From contig NZ_LN831039.1 in the NCBI RefSeq assembly GCF_001457595.1, forward strand, positions 3,030,001 to 3,062,000: DNA of 32,000 nucleotides, read 5' to 3'. The position numbers and the translations under genes were made by a program. Position 1 is the stretch's first letter, and each line of letters begins with the position of its first letter. Shown in pieces: positions 18,161 through 27,642 of the stretch. Under the pieces are notes generated by a model. It was given only the letters and a program-made list of their open reading frames with translations. It was not told where the DNA came from and made no database searches. This DNA comes from Mycolicibacterium smegmatis (lineage in GTDB: Bacteria > Actinomycetota > Actinomycetes > Mycobacteriales > Mycobacteriaceae).

Positions 18161-18961
18161 ATGGACACACCGGTAGCTGTTGTCACGGGAGCCAGTCGAG
18201 GCGCCGGCCGCGGCATCGCCGCGGCCCTGCTCGCCGCGGGGTGGAAGGTGTACGTCACGGGACGCACCGTGACCGATCCAGGACCCGGCGGGGTCGCCGT
18301 GCCGGTCGATCATTCCGACGACGTCGCCGTCGGCGCGCTGTTCCGGCGGGTGGCCGACGAGTCCGGGCGCCTGGACCTGCTGGTCAACAACGCCGCGGCG
18401 ATCCACGACGCACTGGTCGATCCGAAACCGTTCTGGGAGAAGCCGATCGAGCTGGCCGATGTGCTCGACGTCGGCTTGCGCTCGGCGTACGTGGCGTCGT
18501 GGCACGCCGCGCCGCTGCTGCTCGCGGGGGACAAGGGGTTGATCGCGTTCACGTCGTCACCGGGTTCGGTGTGCTACATGCACGGCCCGGCCTACGGGGC
18601 GCAGAAGGCCGGCGTGGACAAACTTGCGGCCGACATGGCGGTCGATTTCCGCGGCACGTCGGTGTGCACGGTGTCGATCTGGATGGGCATCCTGCTCACC
18701 GAGAAATTACGTGCGGCGTTTGCCGGGAATCCCGAGGCGCTGGCCGAGACCGCCAAGCACGCCGAAACCCCGGAGTTCACCGGCCGATTGATCGATGCGC
18801 TCTACCGCGACCCGCAGCTGGGAGAGCTGTCCGGCCAGACGGTCATCGGTGCCGAACTCGCGACGCGCTACGGCATCACAGACGAAGGCGGGCGTGTCCC
18901 GCCGTCACACCGCGAGATGCTCGGCGCCCCGCGCGTCCCGCATCCCGCCGTGGTGCGCTGA
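18161..18961 (+). CDS. Short-chain dehydrogenase/reductase (SDR)
   Basis: ATG at 18161, 266 aa MDTPVAVVTGASRGAGRGIAAALLAAGWKVYVTGRT...RLDLLVNNAAA...YGAQKAGVDKLAADMAVDF. Confidence 0.9.
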   Translation: MDTPVAVVTGASRGAGRGIAAALLAAGWKVYVTGRTVTDPGPGGVAVPVDHSDDVAVGALFRRVADESGRLDLLVNNAAAIHDALVDPKPFWEKPIELADVLDVGLRSAYVASWHAAPLLLAGDKGLIAFTSSPGSVCYMHGPAYGAQKAGVDKLAADMAVDFRGTSVCTVSIWMGILLTEKLRAAFAGNPEALAETAKHAETPEFTGRLIDALYRDPQLGELSGQTVIGAELATRYGITDEGGRVPPSHREMLGAPRVPHPAVVR

Positions 18962-18963
18962 CC

Positions 18964-19917
18964 TCAACTCAGCAGCTTTTCCGAGACCAGCCAGTCGCGC
19001 GCGACGATCGCCGGATCGTCGCCGTCGCTGTCGACTCTGGCGTTGAGCGCCATCATGGTCTCGTTGGTGAGCCTCGGGCTGAGCTCGCCGAAGATCTCAC
19101 CGAGTTCGGGGTGCGCCCGCAGCAGATCGGTGTTCACCACCACGGACAGGTTGTACAGCGGGAAGAATTTCCGGTCGTCGTCGAGCACACGCAGATCCAG
19201 CGCGGGGATGCGGCCGTCGGTGGTGTACACCTCACCGAAATTGCAGTCGCCGTCGGCCGTCGCGGTGTAGATGACGCCGGTGTCCAGATGGGTCACGCGC
19301 CCAAGGGCGTCGGGGGACAACCCGTAGGTCTGCAGCATCGGCACGAACCCGTCGTTGCGGCTGGCGAATTCACTCTCCACGCAGAACGTCAGCTCGTTGC
19401 GGGGAAGCTCGGCGAGATCGGACAGCTTGGTCACCCCGAGCCGCTCGCCCTCGGCTTCCCGGATGGCGAAGGCATAGGTGTTGTTCATCGGTGCGGGCGG
19501 CAGCCACGTCAGGTTGTTGACGGCGTCGGCCTCGTTGACGGCCTGCCACTGCGCGGTCGGATCGGGGATGGGCTTCTCGTTGCCCATGTAGTTGATCCAG
19601 CCGTTGCCGGTGTACTCCGGTGAGACGGTGGCGCTGCCGTTCAGCATGGCCTGCCGGACGCCGAAGCTGCCCGGGGTGTTCGTCATGTTGGTCACCTCGG
19701 CCCCTGCCGCGTTGAGCACTATCGAGACCATGTTGCCCAGGATGAGCTGTTCGGTGAAATCCTTGGCGGTCACCGTGATCGGCACGCCGTCGAGCGAATC
19801 GTAATGCCGGATGGCGCCCGGTTCGGCGTCGAGCACGGTGCCGCTGGCCGAACGCAGCCCGCAACCGGCGAGCGTCGTGGTGAGCACGAGCGCCGCGGCG
19901 AGAAGTTTGCGCGTCAT
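18964..19917 (-). CDS. Substrate-binding lipoprotein of a glycine betaine/choline (OpuC/ProX-like) ABC transporter
   Basis: ATG at 19917, 317 aa MTRKLLAAALVLTTTLAGCGLRSASG (lipobox LAGC), ITVTAKDFTEQLILGNMVSIVLNAAGAEV, EYTGNGWINYMG. The longer track ORF to 20601 is not supported. Confidence 0.9.
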   Translation of the reverse strand: MTRKLLAAALVLTTTLAGCGLRSASGTVLDAEPGAIRHYDSLDGVPITVTAKDFTEQLILGNMVSIVLNAAGAEVTNMTNTPGSFGVRQAMLNGSATVSPEYTGNGWINYMGNEKPIPDPTAQWQAVNEADAVNNLTWLPPAPMNNTYAFAIREAEGERLGVTKLSDLAELPRNELTFCVESEFASRNDGFVPMLQTYGLSPDALGRVTHLDTGVIYTATADGDCNFGEVYTTDGRIPALDLRVLDDDRKFFPLYNLSVVVNTDLLRAHPELGEIFGELSPRLTNETMMALNARVDSDGDDPAIVARDWLVSEKLLS

Positions 19918-20696
19918 CCCAGCCCCTTGGGGGCCGCGAGCATCTCGACCACCCGGGCGAGCCAGTCGATGAACAGCGCCAGCGACGCGACCAGGATCGC
20001 GCCCACCACGAGCGTCGTGGTCTGCTGCAACCGGATTCCGACCGTGATGAGCTGACCCAACCCGCCGCCACCGGTGAACGCGGCCAGCGACGCGGTACCC
20101 ACGATGAGCACCAGCGCGGTGCGCACACCCGCGACGATCACGCGCAACGCCAGCGGCAACTCCACTTTCAGCAGCGCCGAGAACGACGACATCCCCATGC
20201 CGCGTGCGGCTTCCACGAGCCGGGGGTCGACGCCGTCGAGGCCGATGACGGTGTTGGCGATGATCGGCAACGCGCCGTACACCGTCAGCGCCGCGATCGA
20301 TCCGGTTGTGCCGATCCCGAACAGCACCGCGCCGAGCGCGATGAGCCCGATCGCCGGGGCGGCCTGACCGAAACCGGCCACGGTGATGATCGGCTTGGCG
20401 TACCGCCGCATCGAACCCCGGGTCAGCGCGATGCCCAGCGGGATCGCCAGCACGCACGTGAGAACTGTTGCCGCGACACTGATCACCATGTGCTCGCGCA
20501 ACAGCGTCAACAGGTTGCCGATCCCCAGCGCGCGCCGCTCGGATTTGGAAACGTCGGCGACCTTGACGTAGAGCAGCGAACCGGCCACCGCGGCCACGCA
20601 CACCAGCGGCTGGATCAGCCAGCGGCCCAGCCCCAACCGGGACGAGGGTTCGGCGGGGAGCGCGACGCCTTCGGTGTCGGGTGCGGTGGTGGTCAC
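19914..20696 (-). CDS. ABC transporter permease (OpuCB/ProW-like)
   Basis: GTG at 20696 overlaps the ATPase stop; 260 aa with GFGQAAPAIGLIALGAVLFGIG, DPRLVEAARGMGMSSFSALLKVELPLALRVIVAGVRTALV (EAA-loop motif). Confidence 0.9.
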   Translation of the reverse strand: MTTTAPDTEGVALPAEPSSRLGLGRWLIQPLVCVAAVAGSLLYVKVADVSKSERRALGIGNLLTLLREHMVISVAATVLTCVLAIPLGIALTRGSMRRYAKPIITVAGFGQAAPAIGLIALGAVLFGIGTTGSIAALTVYGALPIIANTVIGLDGVDPRLVEAARGMGMSSFSALLKVELPLALRVIVAGVRTALVLIVGTASLAAFTGGGGLGQLITVGIRLQQTTTLVVGAILVASLALFIDWLARVVEMLAAPKGLG

Positions 20697-21877
20697 GGCA
20701 TCGGACCCGTCGGCGAGGTCTGCATGTCCGGCATCGCGTCCATGATGGTCTCGACCCGGATGACGCCCTGGTAGGCGTTGCGCCGCCCGGTCACCACCAC
20801 CACGCCGTGCGACGAGGTGAGCATCACGTCGAGCGCGTCGTTGAGAGTCGAGGAGGTGCTGACCTTTTCGAGATTCTCGTCGCGCGTGACGCGCTCGAGG
20901 GAGTGCGCGTCGGAGAGATCGGACAACGACAACCACCGCAGCGGGCGGTCGTGCTGATCGAGCACGATCACATGCTCACGGTCGATGGCCTGCGCGGTCC
21001 GGATGGCCTCGGCGGGATCGTCACCGACATGCGCGACGGCCGCCTCGTGCAACTCGACGTTGCGCACGCGCGTGAGGGTGAGTTGCTTGAGCGCCGCGCC
21101 GTGCCCGACGAAGCCGCGCACGAAATCGTCGGCCGGGTTGGCCAGGATCTCCTCGGGCTTGTCGTACTGCACGATCCGGGAGCCCTCGGTGAGGATCGCG
21201 ATGCGGTCACCGACCTTGACGGCCTCGTCGAAGTCGTGCGTGACGAACACGATGGTCTTGTGGAGTTCGTCCTGTAGCCGCAGCAGTTCGTCCTGCAGGT
21301 GCTGACGCGTGATCGGATCGACCGCGCCGAACGGCTCGTCCATCAGCAGCACCGGAGGATCGGCCGCCAGCGCCCGCGCCACCCCGACCCGCTGCTGCTG
21401 GCCGCCGGACAGTTCGCGCGGGTAGCGGTCGCGGTACTGCGCCGGTTCGAGATTCACCAGATCGAGCAGTTCGTCGACGCGTGCGGCGATGCGCTGCTTC
21501 TCCCACTTCAGCAGCCGCGGCACGATCGCGATGTTCTCGCCGACCGTGTAGTGGGGGAACAGCCCCGCGCCCTGGATGACATAGCCGATGTGGCGGCGCA
21601 GTTCGTCGGGATCGCGGTGTGTCACATCGTCGTCGCCGATCAGGATGCGGCCGCTGGTCGGTTCGATCAGGCGGTTGATCATCTTCATCGTGGTGGTCTT
21701 GCCGCACCCCGAGGGGCCGACGAGCATGACGATCTCCCCGGCCGGGAACTCGATGGTGATGTCGTCCACGGCCGCAGGGCCTTTCGCGTCGTAACGCTTG
21801 GTCACGCCGTCGAGCAGGATGCGCACACCGCTGGTCTGGGTGGCGACGGGATCGCCGGAAAGCGCCGGGTCAGACAC
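20693..21877 (-). CDS. ABC transporter ATP-binding protein with C-terminal CBS-like region (OpuCA/ProV-like)
   Basis: 394 aa; Walker A GPSGCGKTTT, signature LSGGQQQR, Walker B VLLMDEPFGAVDP, plus C-terminal NLEKVSTSSTLNDALDVMLTSSHGVVVVTGRRNAYQGVIRVETIM. GTG start. Confidence 0.94.
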   Translation of the reverse strand: MSDPALSGDPVATQTSGVRILLDGVTKRYDAKGPAAVDDITIEFPAGEIVMLVGPSGCGKTTTMKMINRLIEPTSGRILIGDDDVTHRDPDELRRHIGYVIQGAGLFPHYTVGENIAIVPRLLKWEKQRIAARVDELLDLVNLEPAQYRDRYPRELSGGQQQRVGVARALAADPPVLLMDEPFGAVDPITRQHLQDELLRLQDELHKTIVFVTHDFDEAVKVGDRIAILTEGSRIVQYDKPEEILANPADDFVRGFVGHGAALKQLTLTRVRNVELHEAAVAHVGDDPAEAIRTAQAIDREHVIVLDQHDRPLRWLSLSDLSDAHSLERVTRDENLEKVSTSSTLNDALDVMLTSSHGVVVVTGRRNAYQGVIRVETIMDAMPDMQTSPTGPMP

Positions 21878-22517
21878 GAATCCCCCTCGGAGTGGTCAGG
21901 CGGGTGATGATGTTGAGCACGGTGTCCAACACGACCGCCAGGATGAGGATGCCGACGGTGCCCGCGACGATCGAGTTGGTGGCGTTGGCGCCGCCGGTGC
22001 GCGAGATCCCGGAGAAGATGTAGCCCCCGAGACCGGGACCGAGTGCGTACGCGGCGATCGCGGCGACACCCATGAGCATCTGGGCCGAGACCCGCACCCC
22101 GGTCATGATCACCGGCCAGGCCAGCGGGATTTCCAGTCGCAGCAGGGTGGACAGTCGGCTCATACCCATGCCGCGCGCGGATTCGATCAGTGCGCGGTCC
22201 ACACCGCCGAGACCCACCAGCACGTTGCGCAGGATCGGCAGGAAACCGAAGAACACCAGCATGATCACCGACGGCAGCACCCCGATGCCGATGAACGCCA
22301 CCAGCACGCCGAGCAGTGCGTACGACGGAATGGTCAGTCCCACCGAGGTGAGCGTGTTGCCGATCGCGCTGGCCCACGGCGAGCGGTAGATCAGCACGCC
22401 GACGACGAGTGCGGCGGCCGTGGCGATCAGCAGGGTCTGCACCACGAGGCTCATGTGCTGATAGGCGAGGAACGACAGAACCGCCCACCGGTCCTGCACG
22501 AATTCGACAAAGCCCAT
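21870..22517 (-). CDS. ABC transporter permease (OpuCB/OpuCD-like)
   Basis: 215 aa; GLTIPSYALLGVLVAFIGIGVLPSVIML and DRALIESARGMGMSRLSTLLRLEIPLAWPVIMTGVR. Confidence 0.92.
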   Translation of the reverse strand: MGFVEFVQDRWAVLSFLAYQHMSLVVQTLLIATAAALVVGVLIYRSPWASAIGNTLTSVGLTIPSYALLGVLVAFIGIGVLPSVIMLVFFGFLPILRNVLVGLGGVDRALIESARGMGMSRLSTLLRLEIPLAWPVIMTGVRVSAQMLMGVAAIAAYALGPGLGGYIFSGISRTGGANATNSIVAGTVGILILAVVLDTVLNIITRLTTPRGIRV

Positions 22518-22582
22518 GAACTGTCAGCGCCTCCCGATCTTGAACGTCGCCGACCCTGTACCCACCGTCGGCCGCCTTCAAA

Positions 22583-22601
22583 CACCCGTGTTACGCGGGT
22601 G
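22583..22601. promoter_or_regulatory. Near-perfect 19-bp palindrome in a divergent promoter gap (candidate operator)
   Basis: CACCCGTGTTACGCGGGTG; all symmetric positions pair except one (T7/G13) around a central T. Confidence 0.5.
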
Positions 22602-22655
22602 AGCGCGGATCCCGTGAGGTACAACCATGCCAGCGAATCGAGAGCCGGAGGACCG

Positions 22656-23738
22656 ATGACCACGACCAGCCGCGACAAGCGCGGGCCGATCACCCGGAAC
22701 GTGCTGGGATCCAGCGCCGCCGAGGCATTCGTCCTGTTCGCGATCGCCACCATCCTGGTCACCCGGCTTTACCTGGAGCTGACCGGCTATCCGCAGATCG
22801 GCGGCGGCAACCTGCACATCGCACACGCCCTGTGGGGCGGTGCGCTGATGATGGTGGCGTTGCTGATCGGCTGGCTGGTGCTGGGTTTTGGCGCCCGGAT
22901 CGCGGCGGTCGTGCTGGGCGGCATCGGCTTCGGCCTGTTCCTCGACGAGGTCGGCAAGTTCGTCACGAAGGACAACGACTACTTCTACGGCCCGGCCGCC
23001 GAGATCATGTACATCTTGGTGGTCCTCATCCTGGTGGGGGCCCGCGTGGTGCGCGGCGTCAGGCCGTTCACCGCGCGCGAGTGCGTCGCGTCGGCCGCGT
23101 CGATAGCCGCCGACGGTGTCGCCCGCGGGCTGGCGCGGCACCGCCGCGACGTGGGCCTCACGCTCGTCGAACAGGCCCGCGAACTGGGCGCCGACCCCGA
23201 CGAGCTCGAGCACATCCGCGCGCTGCTCATCTCGGCCCATCCCGCGCCCGAGCGCCTCTACCGGATGCAGCAGAAGCTGCCACGGCTGATCCCCGGGTTC
23301 TTCCGCAGCCCACGATGGGTTCCGGTGCTGGGGTGGCTGCTGGTGCTGGGCTCGGTGGCGGGTGTGCTGTTCGGGGTGCTCGGCATCGTGATCGGCGACC
23401 ACCTCTTCGAAGAGGGCGACGTCACCTTCCACGTCGCCGGTGCCACGCCGTCGTCGATCATCCTGCTCGCCACGGCCGTCATCACCTCGGCGCTGGCACT
23501 GCCCGCGATGATCGCGCGACACCGCACCGACGCGGTGTGGCCGCTGCGCTGGCTGCGCAATGCGGCGCTGGCGTTCACCTTCCTCAACGCGCTCGTCGAT
23601 TTCGCCACGGAAGGCTTTGGCGCCCTTGCGAACATGTCCATCGGGCTGTTCACCCTGGCCATCCTGACCTATCAACTGGACCAGGCCGTGGTCCGGCAGG
23701 GGCTGGAAGAGGACGCCGCCCCGTCGAGCGTGCGCTGA
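22656..23738 (+). CDS. Multi-pass membrane protein of unknown function
   Basis: ATG at 22656, 360 aa MTTTSRDKRGPITRNVLGSSAAEAFVLFAIATILVTRLY...; several TM segments split by a cytosolic-looking helical region (RDVGLTLVEQARELGADPDELEHIRALL). The upstream 286 codons of the track ORF lie antisense to the opuC-like genes. Confidence 0.82.
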   Translation: MTTTSRDKRGPITRNVLGSSAAEAFVLFAIATILVTRLYLELTGYPQIGGGNLHIAHALWGGALMMVALLIGWLVLGFGARIAAVVLGGIGFGLFLDEVGKFVTKDNDYFYGPAAEIMYILVVLILVGARVVRGVRPFTARECVASAASIAADGVARGLARHRRDVGLTLVEQARELGADPDELEHIRALLISAHPAPERLYRMQQKLPRLIPGFFRSPRWVPVLGWLLVLGSVAGVLFGVLGIVIGDHLFEEGDVTFHVAGATPSSIILLATAVITSALALPAMIARHRTDAVWPLRWLRNAALAFTFLNALVDFATEGFGALANMSIGLFTLAILTYQLDQAVVRQGLEEDAAPSSVR

Positions 23739-23819
23739 GGGCGGTGAGCGGCGGGCAATCCCGCCCTGGGCGCACAGTCGATGGCAAGGGTCGCGGCCGG
23801 CAGGCAATACGGTGGAACC

Positions 23820-24449
23820 GTGGCCAGCCAGACCGATCCCGCGAGCAAGCACGCCGGCGGAGGGTTCAACCCGCCGGAACCGACCACGCGCGGCGGACCT
23901 GATTACGGCAGGTTCGTCGAGGCCGTGCGCACCCTGCAGGACCACGCGAAGGCGGCCGATGCCCCCGACGAGGTGTTCACCGAGGCCGCCGGGCTGATCG
24001 AGAAGGTGTCGGCGCTGCTCGCGCCGTACGACGCCGACGAGTGGAGCTCGCCGTCGGGCCGCCGCCTCGACCTGCCCAACCGGGGCAACGTCAGTTCGGT
24101 GCCGGTGAACCTCGACGTCGAGGACGGCCGGATCGTCGGAACCGCGTACTTCCGCCGCTTCCACCTGGGCCGCAACGGCGCGGTGCACGGGGGAGCGCTG
24201 TCGCTGATGTTCGACTCGCTGCTGGGCTTCACGGCGGCCAAGCTGACCCACAGCCGCCATCAACGCACGGCCTATCTGCATGTCAACTACCGCAAGATCG
24301 CGCCGATCGAAAAGGAACTGCAGGTCGAGGCCGGTATCGACCGGATCGAGGGCCGCAAGATCTTCGTCACGGGGCGGCTGTGTGACGGCGCCGACGTGCT
24401 CACCGAGGCCGAGGCGCTGTTCGTGCGGCTCAAACCGGGCCAGCCATGA
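23820..24449 (+). CDS. PaaI-like / hotdog-fold thioesterase
   Basis: GTG at 23820, 209 aa; GRNGAVHGGALSLMFDSLLGFTAAKL...RTAYLHVNYRKIAPIEKELQVEAGIDRIEGRKIFVTGRLCDG. Confidence 0.88.
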   Translation: MASQTDPASKHAGGGFNPPEPTTRGGPDYGRFVEAVRTLQDHAKAADAPDEVFTEAAGLIEKVSALLAPYDADEWSSPSGRRLDLPNRGNVSSVPVNLDVEDGRIVGTAYFRRFHLGRNGAVHGGALSLMFDSLLGFTAAKLTHSRHQRTAYLHVNYRKIAPIEKELQVEAGIDRIEGRKIFVTGRLCDGADVLTEAEALFVRLKPGQP

Positions 24450-24877
24450 ACGTCAAGGAGAAGCTGTCGGAGTACCGGGATCAGTGGGTGCACCAACGTG
24501 AGCGTCTGCGCAAGCGCCCGCTGGCCAACTTCGTCTACCGGAGCGTCATCGGCGTCGTCGGCACTGTGGTGCTGGCCGTCGGCGTCGTCGCGATCCCGTA
24601 CCCGGGCCCGGGCTGGGCGATCGTGTTCCTGGGATTGGCGATCCTGGCCACCGAGTTCCGGTTCGCCGAGGTCGCGCTGCGTTTCATCCGGCGGCGCTAC
24701 GACGAGGTGATGGCGTGGTTCGCGCGGCAGCACATCGCGGTCAAGGCGCTGAGCGCGGGGTTCACCGCGGCCGTCGTCCTCGCCACACTGTGGGGGCTCG
24801 GCGCGCTGTACTGGGCCGGTGGCCTGGTCGGATTCGAACCCGCGTGGCTCAAGAGCCCCATCGGCATCGGCTCGTAG
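24446..24877 (+). CDS. Small membrane protein, TIGR02611-like (PGPGW-containing)
   Basis: 143 aa; VVGTVVLAVGVVAIPYPGPGWAIVFLGLAILATEFRFAEVALRFIRRRYDEV. ATGA overlap with the preceding CDS. Confidence 0.85.
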   Translation: MNVKEKLSEYRDQWVHQRERLRKRPLANFVYRSVIGVVGTVVLAVGVVAIPYPGPGWAIVFLGLAILATEFRFAEVALRFIRRRYDEVMAWFARQHIAVKALSAGFTAAVVLATLWGLGALYWAGGLVGFEPAWLKSPIGIGS

Positions 24878-24961
24878 ACGTCGCGCCCCGGCAAGCACCC
24901 GGCAGCAGGACCGATAGCATAGTCGCGTTCGCCCTAGTCCCTGCCCATAGGAGAAGCCCCG

Positions 24962-27016
24962 ATGACCGCCGTCGCCAGTTCCGCCCCCGCAGCCCCTATC
25001 CGGGTGCCTGCCGGGACCACCGCGGGCGCGGCGGTTCGTGAAGCCGACCTGCCCGGCCGTGGCGCACCCGATGCGATCGTGGTGGTCCGCGACGCCGAGG
25101 GCCGGCTGCGGGACCTGTCGTGGACCCCGGACACCGACGTCGAGGTGACCCCGGTCGCCGCCGACACCGAAGAGGGCCGCAGCGTGATCCGCCACTCGTG
25201 CGCCCACGTGCTCGCGCAGGCCGTGCAGGAGCTGTTCCCGCAGGCGAAGCTGGGCATCGGCCCGCCGATCACCGACGGTTTCTACTACGACTTCGACGTC
25301 GAGGAGCCGTTCACGCCCGAGGATCTGGAGCGCCTGGAGAAGCGCATGCGCCAGATCATCAAGGACGGGCAGCTGTTCTCGCGGCGCGTGTACGAGTCCA
25401 AGGACGCCGCGCGCGAGGAACTCGCCAACGAGCCCTACAAACTCGAACTCGTCGACGACAAGTCGGGTGACCCCGACGTCATGGAGGTCGGCGGAGACGA
25501 GCTGACGGCCTACGACAACCTCAACGCCCGCACCAAGGAGCGGGTGTGGGGCGACCTGTGCCGTGGCCCGCACATCCCGACCACCAGGTACATCCCGGCG
25601 TTCAAGCTGACCCGCAGCAGCGCCGCGTACTGGCGCGGCGACCAGAACAACGCGAGCCTGCAGCGCATCTACGGCACCGCGTGGGAGTCGCAGGAGGCGC
25701 TCGACCGTCACCTCGAGCTCATCGAGGAGGCGCAGCGCCGCGACCACCGCAAGCTGGGCGTGGAGCTCGACCTGTTCAGCTTCCCCGACGAATTGGGTTC
25801 TGGCCTACCGGTTTTCCACCCCCGCGGTGGTGTGGTGCGACGCGAGCTCGAGGACTACTCGCGGCGTAAGCACCTGGAGGCGGGCTACGAGTTCGTCAAC
25901 ACCCCGCACATCACCAAGGAACAGCTCTACGTCACCTCGGGCCACCTGGAGTGGTACGCCGACGGCATGTTCCCCGCGATGCACATCGACGCCGAGTACG
26001 ACGCCGACGGGCAGGTGCGAAAGCCGGGACAGAACTACTACCTCAAGCCCATGAACTGCCCCATGCACCACCTGATCTTCCGGTCGCGTGGGCGTTCGTA
26101 CCGCGAATTGCCGTTGCGGCTCTTCGAATTCGGCTCGGTGTACCGCTACGAGAAGTCCGGCGTGGTGCACGGGCTGACCCGCGTGCGCGGCATGACCCAG
26201 GACGACGCGCACATCTACACCACGCGTGAGCAGATGCGTGACGAGCTCACGCGGCTGCTGGAGTTCGTGCTGAGCCTGCTCAAGGACTACGGCCTCGACG
26301 ACTACTACCTGGAGCTGTCCACCAAGGACCCCGAGAAGTACGTGGGCTCCGACGAGATCTGGGAGGAGGCCACCGAGACGTTGCGCGAGGTGGCCGAGGC
26401 CTCGGCTCTGGACCTGGTGCCCGACCCGGGCGGTGCGGCGTTCTACGGGCCGAAGATCTCGGTGCAGGTCAAGGATGCACTGGGCCGCAGCTGGCAGATG
26501 TCGACCATCCAGCTCGACTTCAACATGCCTGACCGCTTCGAGCTCGAGTACACCGCCGCTGACGGCAGCCGCCGGCGCCCCGTGCTGATCCACCGCGCCC
26601 TGTTCGGCTCGATCGAGCGGTTCTTCGGTGTTCTCACCGAGCACTACGCGGGCGCGTTCCCGGCGTGGCTCGCGCCCGTGCAGGTGGTGGGTATTCCGGT
26701 GGCCGACGCACACACCCCGTACCTGGAAGAGGTTGCCGCGCAACTGAAGTCGCGTGGGGTCCGGGTGGAGGTGGACTCCAGTGACGACCGGATGGCGAAG
26801 AAGATCGTCAACCACACCAACATGAAGGTGCCGTTCATGCTGCTCGCGGGCGACAAGGACGCCGAGGCCGGCGCCGTCTCATTCCGCTTCGGTGACCGCA
26901 CCCAGATCAACGGTGTGCCGCGCGACGAGGCCGTCGAGATGATCGTGAAATGGATCGCCGACCGCGTCAACGAGGTGCCGACCGCCGAGACGGTGAAGGC
27001 GGGCGCCGCGAAGTGA
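24962..27016 (+). CDS. thrS: Threonyl-tRNA synthetase
   Basis: 684 aa; [16 protein letters not shown] editing-domain motif, [78 protein letters not shown]. Confidence 0.99.
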   Translation: MTAVASSAPAAPIRVPAGTTAGAAVREADLPGRGAPDAIVVVRDAEGRLRDLSWTPDTDVEVTPVAADTEEGRSVIRHSCAHVLAQAVQELFPQAKLGIGPPITDGFYYDFDVEEPFTPEDLERLEKRMRQIIKDGQLFSRRVYESKDAAREELANEPYKLELVDDKSGDPDVMEVGGDELTAYDNLNARTKERVWGDLCRGPHIPTTRYIPAFKLTRSSAAYWRGDQNNASLQRIYGTAWESQEALDRHLELIEEAQRRDHRKLGVELDLFSFPDELGSGLPVFHPRGGVVRRELEDYSRRKHLEAGYEFVNTPHITKEQLYVTSGHLEWYADGMFPAMHIDAEYDADGQVRKPGQNYYLKPMNCPMHHLIFRSRGRSYRELPLRLFEFGSVYRYEKSGVVHGLTRVRGMTQDDAHIYTTREQMRDELTRLLEFVLSLLKDYGLDDYYLELSTKDPEKYVGSDEIWEEATETLREVAEASALDLVPDPGGAAFYGPKISVQVKDALGRSWQMSTIQLDFNMPDRFELEYTAADGSRRRPVLIHRALFGSIERFFGVLTEHYAGAFPAWLAPVQVVGIPVADAHTPYLEEVAAQLKSRGVRVEVDSSDDRMAKKIVNHTNMKVPFMLLAGDKDAEAGAVSFRFGDRTQINGVPRDEAVEMIVKWIADRVNEVPTAETVKAGAAK

Positions 27017-27642
27017 CAGGGGATGTGACCGATCCTGACGAGCGGCAGATCGTGGACCGCGGCGTGGGTGAACCCGATCACCTGCAGCGGTTGTGGACGC
27101 CGCACCGGATGAGCTACATCGCCGAGGCGCCTATGAAGAAGCGCGGCGAAGGCGGCTCGGCGGGTTCGGCGGAACCTTTCACCGACATCCCCGAGATGCC
27201 CGACGAGGAAGGCCTCATGGTGGCGCGCGGCAAGCGCGTCTACGCCGTGCTGAACCTGTACCCGTACAACCCGGGCCACCTCATGGTGGTGCCCTACCGG
27301 CGGGTGTCGGAGCTCGAGGACCTCACCGAGGACGAGAGCTCCGAGCTGATGGCGTTCACGCAGAAGGCGATCCGCGTGATCAAGGCGGTATCGCGCCCGC
27401 ACGGCTTCAACGTGGGGCTCAATCTCGGCTCGTCGGCGGGCGGCTCGCTGGCCGAGCACCTGCACATGCACGTGGTGCCCCGCTGGGGTGGCGATGCCAA
27501 CTTCATCACGATCATCGGCGGCTCCAAGGTCATCCCGCAGCTGCTGAAAGAGACCAGGCAACTCCTGGCCACCGAGTGGGTCCGGCAGGACCGGCTCGCG
27601 GCCGGTACCGACGGAAAAGACGGAAAAGCGCCCACATCGTGA
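27013..27642 (+). CDS. HIT-domain protein (AP4A phosphorylase-like)
   Basis: In-frame GTG at 27013 (GTGA overlap with thrS) or GTG at 27025. [18 protein letters not shown] and [16 protein letters not shown] (HxHxH motif). Confidence 0.93.
   Translation: MTGDVTDPDERQIVDRGVGEPDHLQRLWTPHRMSYIAEAPMKKRGEGGSAGSAEPFTDIPEMPDEEGLMVARGKRVYAVLNLYPYNPGHLMVVPYRRVSELEDLTEDESSELMAFTQKAIRVIKAVSRPHGFNVGLNLGSSAGGSLAEHLHMHVVPRWGGDANFITIIGGSKVIPQLLKETRQLLATEWVRQDRLAAGTDGKDGKAPTS

Noticed and set aside
18241-19623. 460-aa plus-strand ORF spanning the SDR and the binding-protein gene
   Set aside because: Arg/Gly-rich out-of-frame reading of the SDR followed by antisense of the lipoprotein gene.
20697-20936. N-terminal extension of the OpuCB-like permease ORF
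   Set aside because: Extension is low-complexity and overlaps the ATPase gene; GTG 20696 overlaps its stop in the standard coupled pattern.
22578-24281. 567-aa minus-strand ORF antisense to the membrane protein and thioesterase
   Set aside because: Low-complexity His/Arg/Gly/Val-rich translation typical of antisense frames in high-GC DNA; the + strand frames encode recognisable proteins.
24878-24961. T-box riboswitch leader upstream of thrS
   Set aside because: Only 84 nt between CDSs and no T-box core sequence or specifier-loop architecture visible.
24287-25747. 486-aa minus-strand ORF antisense to the thioesterase end and thrS
   Set aside because: Covers the unambiguous thrS coding region; no motifs in the antisense product.
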